52,914 bases of DNA, taken from Polyangiales bacterium (lineage in GTDB: Bacteria > Myxococcota_A > Polyangia > Polyangiales > JAFGIB01). The position numbers and the translations under genes are program-made. The notes beneath the pieces were generated by a model, which saw only the letters and a list, made by a program, of their open reading frames with translations, had not been told where the DNA came from and did not search any database. The DNA is taken from contig DASRXR010000355.1 in NCBI GenBank assembly GCA_035687405.1, positions 1 through 52,914 on the forward strand. The letters are read 5' to 3'. This document shows positions 36,709 to 45,380 of the stretch, piece after piece. Position 1 is the first letter of the stretch, and each line of letters opens with the position of its first letter.

Positions 36709-37704
36709 TCAGGTGAACCAGCGCTGCGTGGTCTCCGGCAACTTCAAGCCGGTGACTTTCGCCTTCTGCACGAGCTCCCAGAAGTAGCGATACGTCGCGC
36801 GATCGTGAAGCTCGCCTTCGTATTGGATTGGACCCCAGTTTGCATCCTGCGCGGCCGCGAGAATGTTCACCGCATTTTCGACTTCGTCCGTCCGCGGCTT
36901 CATCGCGTCCACGATCGACTGAATCTGCGCCGGGTAGATCGACCACATGCGCAAGAACCCGAACTCGTTTCGCGCGCGCGAAGCATCGGAATACGTCGCG
37001 TACGTGTTCTTCAAGTCGAGCGTGACGTTGTGCGCGGGGATGACTCCGCTGGCCATGGCCGCGGAGACTACGCGCGCCTTCGCATACGCGATCGCGCGGT
37101 GCTCGAACTGTCCGGGCGATCGCATGCACTCCGAACTGATCGCGCCGTGGAACCCGGAAACGAAATCCATCAAACCAAAGTCGAGCACCTGGACCCACGG
37201 AAGGGCCGCGATGTCGTACGCATCGCGCAGGGCACCGTGCGTCTCGATCAGCACGTGGATCGGAATCTCGCGCTGGACGCCCGCCTTCTTACACGCCTCT
37301 TGGATGTACGTGATCTGTTCACGCACTTGTTCCACCCGCGTCGGCTTCGGCAGTGTGATGTACGCGAGTGCTTCTCCGGCACCCGGGACCAGGATATCGA
37401 CGTCCTGCTTCCACCAAGCGTTGCTCGGATCGTGAATCCGGACACCCGCCTTCTTGTGGACGTTCTTCGCCGACTTGGCCATCGCGACAACCATCTCGGC
37501 GTGCTTGCGTTCTTCGCCTTGCTTCGCCCCGTCTTCGCAGTCCATCGTGATGTCGAAAATGCCTTCCAGCTTTTGCTGGAGCTCCATGGCTTTCTCGATC
37601 AGCTTTTCACTCCCGGCGAAGTGCTCGCACGTATTGATGATGGGGAAGGGTTTCTCGCCTGCGAACAAGGCGTCATTCGGATGGATGCGCGCGCTCATAG
37701 TCAC
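36709..37704 (-). CDS. HpcH/HpaI aldolase - citrate lyase beta (CitE)-like family protein (acyl-CoA lyase-type TIM barrel)
   Basis: 331 aa. DITMDCEDGA and VLIETHGAL are the metal/substrate-binding acidic motifs of the CitE/malyl-CoA-lyase fold, and LDFGLMDFVS is also present. The specific activity is not assignable by eye. Confidence 0.6.
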   Translation of the reverse strand: MTMSARIHPNDALFAGEKPFPIINTCEHFAGSEKLIEKAMELQQKLEGIFDITMDCEDGAKQGEERKHAEMVVAMAKSAKNVHKKAGVRIHDPSNAWWKQDVDILVPGAGEALAYITLPKPTRVEQVREQITYIQEACKKAGVQREIPIHVLIETHGALRDAYDIAALPWVQVLDFGLMDFVSGFHGAISSECMRSPGQFEHRAIAYAKARVVSAAMASGVIPAHNVTLDLKNTYATYSDASRARNEFGFLRMWSIYPAQIQSIVDAMKPRTDEVENAVNILAAAQDANWGPIQYEGELHDRATYRYFWELVQKAKVTGLKLPETTQRWFT

Positions 37705-37972
37705 TCCTTCGGTCGGCAGCAGGTATGGCCAGGCTTGCCGCGCCCGGGCCTATATCATGTTCTGTGGAGCCCACCACGCTTTCAAAACCAGACTCCAGTG
37801 TACCTAGCCCTAGGGCTCGTCGGCTCGGCCGATCGGACAGATTTCACTTCCGATCAAGGCAACGATTCGGAGTGCTTGCGCAGTTTGTGCAAGGCGACGC
37901 ACACTACGCGGCGTTTCCTAGTCGCGCACCAGATACGCGCCGGAAAACTGATGAAATCCAACGGAAGCACCG

Positions 37973-37988
37973 TGGCACGGAACCTGCT
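37973..37988 (+). promoter_or_regulatory. Strong candidate sigma-54 (-24/-12) promoter upstream of the polysaccharide genes
   Basis: TGGCACGGAACCTGCT compares with the consensus TGGCACG-N4-TTGCW. The -24 half is perfect, the -12 half is CTGC, and the GG/GC spacing is exactly 10 nt. It lies about 60 nt upstream of the ATG at 38050. Confidence 0.6.
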
Positions 37989-38049
37989 CACTCGGGGGAC
38001 CTATTGAGGCTGTGAGCATCCACCCAGCCCGGAGCACCTAACTACAGCG

Positions 38050-39483
38050 ATGGACAAACCACCTGCACGACTTGCCGGGGTACGCGACGGCATCATACGA
38101 CCACACGAGGCCAAGCTCGATTTCTTGGCGCGCGTCGGCGACGCGTTTTGGATCACGGCTGCGCTCTGGCTCGCGTGTTTGTCTTATCCAGAGGAATGGG
38201 AGACGCGGCACAGCACGGCTGCAGCTCTCGGCGTCGTCCTCTTCTACATGGTCGGTCAAGCGCAAGGTCTGTATCGGCCTTGGCGTGCTGAACCAGTCAA
38301 GAGTGAGTTCACGCGCGTTTGGTTTTGCTGGGCGTTCGTCGTCCCGCTGCTGTTGATGCTCGCCTTCGTTTCGAAGACGTCCGAGGACTACTCGCGCATC
38401 ATCATGCTGAGTTGGTTCGCGCTCGCGCCGGCATTGGTCGCCTCGTCGCGCGTCGCCTTCCGCATCATCCTGCAAGAGGTCCGCGCGCGTGGTTACAACA
38501 CGCGAACCGTCGCGATCGCAGGTGCATCTCCGCTCGGTGAAGAGCTCGCGATCAGCATTCATCAGTCGCCCTGGATGGGCATGAAGCTCGCGGGCTTCTA
38601 CGACGACCGCCACGTCTCGCGCTTGCATCCGATGGACCCCGCGGCGGGTCAGGTGAAGGGCGATCTCGACAAGCTCGTCGCCGCAGCGCGACACGGATCG
38701 ATCGACGTGGTGTACATCGCGCTGCCGCTGCGAGCGGAGCCGCGCATCAACGCGATCATACGGCGGCTACAGGACACCACCGCATCAGTCTATCTCGCCT
38801 ACGACTTCGGAGGCTTCGACGTACTGCGCGCCCAGTGGGGCCAGGTGGGCAACGTGCCCGTGATGAGCGTCGTCGAGAATCCGTTCCACGGCATCGACGG
38901 TTTCGCGAAGCGGCTCGAAGACTTGGTGCTCGGCACCTTGATCATGACCTGCATCGCATTGCCGATGCTGATCATTGCGCTCTTCGTGAAGCTCACGTCC
39001 CGCGGCCCCGTCTTCTTCAAGCAGCGCCGCTACGGGCTGAACGGTGAAGAGATTCGGGTGCTCAAGTTCCGGACGATGTCGGTGATGGAGGATGGAGCCG
39101 AAGTCAAACAAGCGCAGAAGAACGATCAGCGCGTGACCAAGGTCGGCGCCGTGCTCCGCCGAACGTCCCTAGACGAGTTGCCCCAGTTCCTCCAGGTGCT
39201 TACTGGAGAGATGTCGATCGTGGGCCCGCGCCCGCACGCGGTTGTGCACAATGAACAATACCGGGCCCTGATTCAGGGGTACATGCTCCGCCACAAGGTC
39301 AAACCGGGGATCACGGGCTGGGCGCAGGTAAATGGTTGGCGTGGTGAAACCGATACGCTCGAGAAAATGGAGAAGCGTGTCGAGTACGACTTGGCCTACA
39401 TCCGCGACTGGGCCCTCCTAATGGATCTGAAGATAATTCTGATGACCATTCTTGGCGTGTTCCGCGGCAAAAACGCATACTAA
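38050..39483 (+). CDS. Undecaprenyl-phosphate hexose-1-phosphate transferase (large PHPT, WbaP/WcaJ family; initiating sugar transferase)
   Basis: It has four to five N-terminal TM segments and a central Rossmann-like region. The C-terminal catalytic domain carries LKFRTM, LDELPQF, GEMSIVGPRPH, KPGITGWAQVNGWRGET and YDLAYIRDW. Confidence 0.88.
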   Translation: MDKPPARLAGVRDGIIRPHEAKLDFLARVGDAFWITAALWLACLSYPEEWETRHSTAAALGVVLFYMVGQAQGLYRPWRAEPVKSEFTRVWFCWAFVVPLLLMLAFVSKTSEDYSRIIMLSWFALAPALVASSRVAFRIILQEVRARGYNTRTVAIAGASPLGEELAISIHQSPWMGMKLAGFYDDRHVSRLHPMDPAAGQVKGDLDKLVAAARHGSIDVVYIALPLRAEPRINAIIRRLQDTTASVYLAYDFGGFDVLRAQWGQVGNVPVMSVVENPFHGIDGFAKRLEDLVLGTLIMTCIALPMLIIALFVKLTSRGPVFFKQRRYGLNGEEIRVLKFRTMSVMEDGAEVKQAQKNDQRVTKVGAVLRRTSLDELPQFLQVLTGEMSIVGPRPHAVVHNEQYRALIQGYMLRHKVKPGITGWAQVNGWRGETDTLEKMEKRVEYDLAYIRDWALLMDLKIILMTILGVFRGKNAY

Positions 39484-39495
39484 AAGCTTTCGCAC

Positions 39496-41418
39496 GTGGA
39501 CCAGTACGATTCAGAGGACGAGTATCGGGGCCGGCCAGGAGTCCCGGTCGACATCGGGCGCCTACTTCATGCGATGAAGCGCAACTGGCGTGCGTTGCCG
39601 ATCGCGGCGGCTGTCGGAGCTCTTGTCGGGCTGGTAGTTGCGGCCCTGTTCATCAAGCCGTCGTACACCGCGCGCGCGACCATCATGTGGGAGCCGCAGG
39701 CGGACGCGCAGCCGTCGGACCGGAGCTTTCTCACCCAAGTCGACAGCATCAAGCTTCCGGTGAACTTGATGGAGGCGCGCAAGCGGCTCGGCTCGAAGCT
39801 CTCGCTCGACGACTTCAAAGAGAAGATCAACCTGCTGTTCGACGGGCAGAGCCACCTCGTCGTCGTCGAAGTCACGGAAGGCACGGGCAAAGGCTCTGCG
39901 CGACTGGCGAACACGCTGGTCGAGGTTTTCCTCGACTACCAGCGCCGCATCGGGCAGGCGCGCGGTCGCGAGCACTTGCAAGCGATCGAGACCGACATCG
40001 AGGTTGCGCAAAAGCAGCTGCAGCAAGCGCGCGACGGATTCGAGCTGTATCGGAAGGAGGTCGGCGTGTCCGACTTCCCGCTCGAGACGAAGCTCGCGAT
40101 CGAGAAGGTCTCCGTGCTCAAGCAACAGCAGGCGATGTCGTCCACCGAGGCCGTCACCGAAGAAGCGCGGCAGCGCAAGCTGAGCGAAGAGTTCGCGCGG
40201 GCACCTGCGGCGGTACAGTCGGGCACGATCTCGAGCAACCCGGACGCGCTCGCGCTCTCGGGTCTGCGGACACAACTTACGAGCGCGCGTGCTCACCTCT
40301 CCCCCGAGCACCCGCAAGTCATCCAACTCGAAGCGCAAATCGCGAGCCTCGAGCAGAAGGTCAAGAGCAGCCCGAACAACTTGGTGCAGGGCTCCGTCAG
40401 CGTCTCCTCGAACCCGAACTACGTCGCGCTTCAGCAAGGCCTCGCCCAGAGCAAGGTCTCGAAGGAAGCGGCGGCCGAACGCCAAGAGTCACTGCGCAAG
40501 CAGGCCGAAGAGGCCGAAAAACGGCTCGTGCAGCTGACGGAGGCGGAAGGCAAAGCCCAGCAGTTCACGTCGCGGATCAGCTTGCTCGAGACGCGCATGA
40601 ACGAGCTCGAAACCCAGCGCGTGCGGGTGCGGGACGAAGTTCGAAACGCGGCTGCGGACTTCCGCGTCGTGACTTCGGCGAGCGTGCCGGAGAAGTCGAA
40701 CCCTTCGAAGCGGCGCCAGATCGCGATTCGCTTTCCGCTCGGCGCACTCGTGCTCGCGTTCCTGGGCATCCTCGCAAACGAGCTGCGTGGGCTGCGCGTG
40801 CACACTGCGCGCGAGGCAGGCTTTTGGGCGAATGCGGCAGTGATCGCGTCGTCGACCTGGCCACGCGAGCAGACGACTTTGGGGGTGCTCGTCGACGAGC
40901 TGAGCGATGCTGCGCCCGCCGTCCGGGGCACCACGCTCGTGGTGGGCGCGCGCGTCAACGAGGTTCCGCTCGCACGCGAGATCGCCTACTGGCTGAGTCA
41001 TCTCACCGGCTGGTCGCAGCGCGGTGTCGTCGGTGCGTCCCAGCCCGTCGTAGCCGAACCGATGCCGCGTGGAGCGGCGAACGTTCACGTCGCGCCCGAA
41101 CTCGGGCCGTCCAACGCGCCGCCGCCCAACACTGGTGCAGCCCTCGCGCGGCGAGGCAACGAGGCGCTCACGATCGCGCAAGCCTGGGATGGGCCGCCCG
41201 AAGGTCCGTCACTCCGGCGTGCAGCGCGTCTCGCCGATCGCGTGTTGGTCGTGATCGCGGCCGGGACGCTCTCGGTGACCGAGGTCGCACAGCTTCGCTC
41301 GCGGCTCGGGCGCAGCAACGGTATCGGCCTGTTGCTCGTCGGGCTCAATCCCGACTTCGTGCGCCTGCCTGATCGCGTCGGTGAAGTCGAACGCTTCTGG
41401 GAAGCGAAACCGGCTTGA
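39496..41418 (+). CDS. Polysaccharide co-polymerase (Wzz/Wzc-like PCP) with a C-terminal BY-kinase-like domain lacking Walker A
   Basis: GTG start. TM1 is ALPIAAAVGALVGLVVAALFI. It has the Wzz motif region, a long coiled-coil periplasmic part, and TM2 (IRFPLGALVLAFLGILA). The C-terminal ~200 aa are TTLVVGARVNEVPLAREIAYWL...DRVLVVIAAGTLSVTEVAQLRSRL...IGLLLVGLN. Confidence 0.8.
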   Translation: MDQYDSEDEYRGRPGVPVDIGRLLHAMKRNWRALPIAAAVGALVGLVVAALFIKPSYTARATIMWEPQADAQPSDRSFLTQVDSIKLPVNLMEARKRLGSKLSLDDFKEKINLLFDGQSHLVVVEVTEGTGKGSARLANTLVEVFLDYQRRIGQARGREHLQAIETDIEVAQKQLQQARDGFELYRKEVGVSDFPLETKLAIEKVSVLKQQQAMSSTEAVTEEARQRKLSEEFARAPAAVQSGTISSNPDALALSGLRTQLTSARAHLSPEHPQVIQLEAQIASLEQKVKSSPNNLVQGSVSVSSNPNYVALQQGLAQSKVSKEAAAERQESLRKQAEEAEKRLVQLTEAEGKAQQFTSRISLLETRMNELETQRVRVRDEVRNAAADFRVVTSASVPEKSNPSKRRQIAIRFPLGALVLAFLGILANELRGLRVHTAREAGFWANAAVIASSTWPREQTTLGVLVDELSDAAPAVRGTTLVVGARVNEVPLAREIAYWLSHLTGWSQRGVVGASQPVVAEPMPRGAANVHVAPELGPSNAPPPNTGAALARRGNEALTIAQAWDGPPEGPSLRRAARLADRVLVVIAAGTLSVTEVAQLRSRLGRSNGIGLLLVGLNPDFVRLPDRVGEVERFWEAKPA

Positions 41419-41531
41419 ACGCCCGCACTCCCCAACTGCCCGCGCTTCGCGCCTGACTCGAAGCTGTCGCGAATCATCGCGCATGTCGCACTTTTCCGAG
41501 TGCGTTTGCCATGAGATGATGCGGACCGCTT

Positions 41532-42554
41532 ATGCACTTTCCGAAAATCGCCGCGCTGTGCGCGCTCGCGCTGTCGTCCTCGGCCTGCGCCGGCCTACCG
41601 ATGGCACCGCGTCATCCGCTCGATGACAAACAGTTCGCCGCTCCGATCCTCGCGCGGCGCCCTGGTGTCGGAGACGATCGCGCTCCGGCGCTCGTGCTTC
41701 TGCCTGGCGACCGCGTGAACATCGAGCTCAGCTCGTCGACGACGCAGGCTCTTCCAAACATTCTCATCGAGCCGGGTGGCACACTGCACTTGCCGCTCGC
41801 GGGGGATGTAGACGTTCGCGGCCTCGGGCTGGTGGCGGCGGAAGCGAAGCTGAAAGCGGCGATGCAGCGCTACGACTCGCTGATCCACGTGACACTCACG
41901 ATCGCGACGTTGGACGGGCACAAGGTGTCGGTCGCAGGCGCAGTTCGCACGCCGGGTGTGATTCCACTGACTCCCGCCGCCCGGCTCTCCGACGTGATCC
42001 TCTCCGCCGGCGGCACGATCGTGAACCTCGTGAACGGGCAGATGGTGAGCGGTTCCGACCTGCGCACCGCGCGCTTGGTGCGTGAAGGTTCCGAGATGCC
42101 GGTCGACTTCGAAAAGGCGATGGCCGGCGACGTGACGCACAACATCTATATGCACGCCGGCGATCAGGTCTACGTCCCGTCCGAGCGCGGCCTGACGATC
42201 AGCGTGATGGGTCAGACGAACGGCACGGTCGTGCAGTGGTCGCCGGGCGTGCGCTTGACCGAAATCCTCGCGATGTCAGGCGGCATCCACGTCGGCGGCG
42301 ACAAAAACGACATCCGCATCGTGCGCGGGCCGATCGACGCGACGCGCGTGTACACGACGAGTATTCGCGACGTGATCGATGGCGAGAGTCACGACGTCGA
42401 GCTGTATCCGGGCGACGTCGTCTTCGTGACCGACCACTGGATCGAAGACTTCGGCGAAGTCATGACTGCGCTCGGTCCGCTGTTCTCGCTTTCGTTCAGC
42501 GCCGCGGCGCTCGCGATCGCGCTTCAGAACAACACCGCCACCGTCGTTCGCTGA
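41532..42554 (+). CDS. Outer-membrane polysaccharide export protein (OPX, Wza-like; Poly_export + SLBB domains)
   Basis: The lipoprotein signal is MHFPKIAALCALALSSSAC. LLPGDRVNIEL is the PES-type motif. The SLBB-like repeats are VSVAGAVRTPGVIPL and ISVMGQTNGTVVQW. The hydrophobic C-terminal helix is ALGPLFSLSFSAAALAIAL. Confidence 0.82.
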   Translation: MHFPKIAALCALALSSSACAGLPMAPRHPLDDKQFAAPILARRPGVGDDRAPALVLLPGDRVNIELSSSTTQALPNILIEPGGTLHLPLAGDVDVRGLGLVAAEAKLKAAMQRYDSLIHVTLTIATLDGHKVSVAGAVRTPGVIPLTPAARLSDVILSAGGTIVNLVNGQMVSGSDLRTARLVREGSEMPVDFEKAMAGDVTHNIYMHAGDQVYVPSERGLTISVMGQTNGTVVQWSPGVRLTEILAMSGGIHVGGDKNDIRIVRGPIDATRVYTTSIRDVIDGESHDVELYPGDVVFVTDHWIEDFGEVMTALGPLFSLSFSAAALAIALQNNTATVVR

Positions 42555-42560
42555 GCGAGC

Positions 42561-43691
42561 CTACTCGTCGTCTTTGGGCGGCGGCGGGTTCGCTGTCAGG
42601 TACAGCTCGTCGAGCCGCAAGTTCACGTTCAGCCCGTAATACGTGTCCATCGGTCGGAACGGCGGGCGAACCGCGCTGTCGGGGCCGCGCTCTGCAAAGA
42701 TGCTCGTCGCGCTCGCGCCGAGGCCGAGCCAGCCGGTCGCGAAGTACGTGACGGTGATGTCGATCGTATTGATGTTGCGCCAGTGGCGAAGTGTTCCATC
42801 GTCGAGCGACTGGACTGCGCCGTCCGAGGCCACGTACGAGAAGTCCGCGAGGTTCGCGCCGCGCCGCCAGCTGTGCGTATAGCTCGCCGACAAGCCCCAC
42901 TTTTCAGTGATCGCGAGCTCACCGCTGACGCTGCCCGTGAACGCGAAGCGCGCGTTGGTCGAACCACCGAGCGCGCTGCACAGCTCGCGAGAAGTCGTGC
43001 CCGCGTTGCAGGGGTAACCGACATCGACCGCAACCACGTTCTGCTCGAGGAATCGGTGCAGGTAACCGAGGGACAAGTTGAGACCCAAGCCCTGCAGCAC
43101 CTTCGGCAGCGACAAAGTGCTCGAGAGGCCGACGCGTGTACCCAAGATCATCGTCGCGGCTTGGCTCGCGAGCGACGTCGGCGCGTTCAAACCGACCGAC
43201 CCGTTCAAGATGAACTGGGCTTTGGGACTGAACGTTTGCTTCAGCAACAGTGCGCCGAAAGTCGCCGTCGTATCGGTGAGTCGCGGCTCGCGGCGATTCA
43301 AGGTGGTGTCGGAGTTGGTGATCTCGATGTTCAAGCCTTGGTCCAAAATGATTTGGAACCGGCGATTGAAGTGCCAGAGCAGCGAGAGATCGAACCCCCA
43401 CGCGTACGTCGGGTTGTACGAGAGCTGGTTTCCGCGCGTGAAACTGTTCCCGGTCAGGGTCTGATAAAACGCGAAGCTCGAGCCCCGGAACGGTAAGCCT
43501 TCTTCCTTGGCTTCCTCGGAATCGAGCGGTGATTCGATCAGCTGAGCGTGCGCGATGTTTGAGGCACCGGTGAGGCACACAGCGGCGAACGTAAGGACAC
43601 GCGCTACGGACGACGACACGGAGCGGAGTATGCCAGAGGTGAGTAGTGTTGTAACCGGGGGAACGTTGCCGTTGTCCCGCGCCGCCGGCAA
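42561..43691 (-). CDS. Putative outer-membrane beta-barrel protein associated with the polysaccharide export genes
   Basis: The signal peptide is ...VARVLTFAAVCLTGASNIAHA|Q. Alternating hydrophobic/polar strands with aromatic girdle residues run throughout (YAWGFDLSLLWHF, QIILDQGLNIEI, FILNGSVGLNA, LGLNLSLGYLHRF, WGLSASYTHSW, IDITVTYFATGWLGLGASA). The family was not identified. Confidence 0.55.
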   Translation of the reverse strand: MPAARDNGNVPPVTTLLTSGILRSVSSSVARVLTFAAVCLTGASNIAHAQLIESPLDSEEAKEEGLPFRGSSFAFYQTLTGNSFTRGNQLSYNPTYAWGFDLSLLWHFNRRFQIILDQGLNIEITNSDTTLNRREPRLTDTTATFGALLLKQTFSPKAQFILNGSVGLNAPTSLASQAATMILGTRVGLSSTLSLPKVLQGLGLNLSLGYLHRFLEQNVVAVDVGYPCNAGTTSRELCSALGGSTNARFAFTGSVSGELAITEKWGLSASYTHSWRRGANLADFSYVASDGAVQSLDDGTLRHWRNINTIDITVTYFATGWLGLGASATSIFAERGPDSAVRPPFRPMDTYYGLNVNLRLDELYLTANPPPPKDDE

Positions 43692-43781
43692 AGCTGTCGG
43701 GGCGCGACCACTGCGCGAGATTCGCTGCGCTCGCGCGTGGCCTGTTGAGTCTCAACCGGGAACCCGGCGGCGCGATATCAC

Positions 43782-44303
43782 TCAGGTTTGCTGGACGAAT
43801 GTCCGATCGAAGACCCCTGTTCGGCGTAACGCGTCGAACAAGACGATCGAGACCGCGTTCGAGAGGTTGAGGCTTCGAATCGCGCCGCTGGTGGGGATCC
43901 CCCACACCCGGTCGGGGTGCGCGCGCAAGAGCTCGCGCGGTAATCCCACCGACTCTTTGCCGAATACGAGTGCATCGCCAGGCTGCAGATCGGCCGCGTG
44001 ATACGAGCGCTCCGCGTCCGAGCTGAACAGGTGCAGCCGTACCTCGGGGTGCGCGGCTTGAAATGCGGCGAAGCTCGCGTGCACCGAGAGATCGACCAGG
44101 TGCCAGTAGTCGATGCCCGCACGCTTGAGCGATCGATCGTCGATCCGGAACCCGAGCGGTTCGATCAAGTGCAGCGGGCTTCCGGTCGCGGCGCAGCTGC
44201 GAGCGACAGAGCCCGTGTTCGGTGGGATCTCGGGTTCGACGAGCACGACTCGAAAGGCTGGCTGCACAGGCGGGCAGCGGAGTTTGGGCGTGAGTGGAGC
44301 CAT
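43782..44303 (-). CDS. trmL: tRNA (cytidine/uridine-2'-O)-methyltransferase TrmL (SpoU/TrmH family)
   Basis: I prefer the ATG at 44303. VVLVEPEIPPNTGSVARSCAATGSPLHLIEPLGF, LVFGKESVGLP and IPTSGAIRSLNLSNAVSIVLFDALR are present. Confidence 0.85.
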   Translation of the reverse strand: MAPLTPKLRCPPVQPAFRVVLVEPEIPPNTGSVARSCAATGSPLHLIEPLGFRIDDRSLKRAGIDYWHLVDLSVHASFAAFQAAHPEVRLHLFSSDAERSYHAADLQPGDALVFGKESVGLPRELLRAHPDRVWGIPTSGAIRSLNLSNAVSIVLFDALRRTGVFDRTFVQQT

Positions 44304-44329
44304 CGATTTGATGGTAGCGTGGCGCGAGC

Positions 44330-45373
44330 GTGCGTCAGGTTTCGATGTCGAGAGCTCGGTTCGGGATGGCCGTGCTGGCGTGTTTGCTCTGCCATGCGTT
44401 CGCGGGGCCCGAGCACTCGCGCGCCGAGAGCATGGATCCTGAGCTCTCGCGCTTTCGGCTTCCACCAGGGAAGGGCGGTTGCCCGAGCTCCGGCGGATTC
44501 TGCGCGAACAACGAAGCGTTCGAGCGGCTCGTCTCGGACCTCGCAGTCGGCGTTGCGCCTGCCGTTGGCAGCGGCGCCGCTTCACTCGGGGTTCGCGGGT
44601 TTTCGCTACGACTCACCAGCTCGGTCACGCCGATCTCGGGCCGGCACTGGGTGCTAGGCAGCGCGGGGTCGAACGCTGCAAGCGAGAGCTTCAATCCTTC
44701 GCCGGCCGGCTCACTCGTGTGGAATCGCATCGAGGTCCACAAAGGATTGCCGTTCGGGCTCGAGGTCGGCGGCTCGCTCGGGCACGGGCTCGATACCTCG
44801 CTGTGGACTTTTTCCGGCGAGCTTCGAGTCGCGCTGTTCGAAGGCTTTCGCTCGGGCCTCGGAGCACTGCCCGACGTCGCGGTCCGCGGCGCCTACCAGG
44901 GAATGGTGGGTTCGCGCGAGATGTCGTTGCAGACGATCGCGTTCGACGTGACCCTGTCGAAGCCTTACCTCGTCGCGGGGCGGCACCAGCTCACGCCGCT
45001 GATCGCGATGCAAGCGCTGTTCGCAAACGCAAAGACGCAGCCGATCGATCTCACACCCGACGTCTCGGCCTTCGATGATTGCGCCCCGCAATTGACCGCG
45101 GGCGGGACGCGAGCGATCGAGCCGGGGCGTTCGTGCAGCAGCACTGGCAACTCGCGAGATCTCGACAACACTGTGCGGTTTGCGAACGTGCACCAAACAC
45201 GAATTCGTTTGTTCTTCGGGCTCGAGGAGCGGTACGGGCCATTTGCCGGAGCGGTCACGTTCGGCTTCGACCTGGTCGTGCCCGAGCGCAGCGCGGATAC
45301 GACCGACGACGGAATCGATGATCCGCTCGCCAGCTCACTCACGCTCCACTTCGCACTCGGGCTGCGCTACTGA
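44330..45373 (+). CDS. Hypothetical secreted / outer-membrane protein
   Basis: The signal peptide is FGMAVLACLLCHAFAGP. The protein has beta-strand-like alternation and a terminal ...LTLHFALGLRY with an aromatic C-terminal residue, as in OMP beta-signals. The start may be an internal Met (44345 or 44366). Confidence 0.5.
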   Translation: MRQVSMSRARFGMAVLACLLCHAFAGPEHSRAESMDPELSRFRLPPGKGGCPSSGGFCANNEAFERLVSDLAVGVAPAVGSGAASLGVRGFSLRLTSSVTPISGRHWVLGSAGSNAASESFNPSPAGSLVWNRIEVHKGLPFGLEVGGSLGHGLDTSLWTFSGELRVALFEGFRSGLGALPDVAVRGAYQGMVGSREMSLQTIAFDVTLSKPYLVAGRHQLTPLIAMQALFANAKTQPIDLTPDVSAFDDCAPQLTAGGTRAIEPGRSCSSTGNSRDLDNTVRFANVHQTRIRLFFGLEERYGPFAGAVTFGFDLVVPERSADTTDDGIDDPLASSLTLHFALGLRY

Positions 45374-45380
45374 ACGCGCA

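Noticed and set aside
36538-38007. A 489-aa plus-strand ORF spanning the EVE start, the CitE-like gene and the intergenic region.
   Set aside because: It lies antisense to two genes with clear family motifs and runs through a promoter region. It has no recognisable domain and looks like a GC artefact.
43744-43756. The small palindrome GTTGAG-T-CTCAAC about 30 nt downstream of the trmL stop.
   Set aside because: The stem is only 6 bp, there is no U-tract, and the GC content is low for a terminator in this genome. The support is too weak to call.
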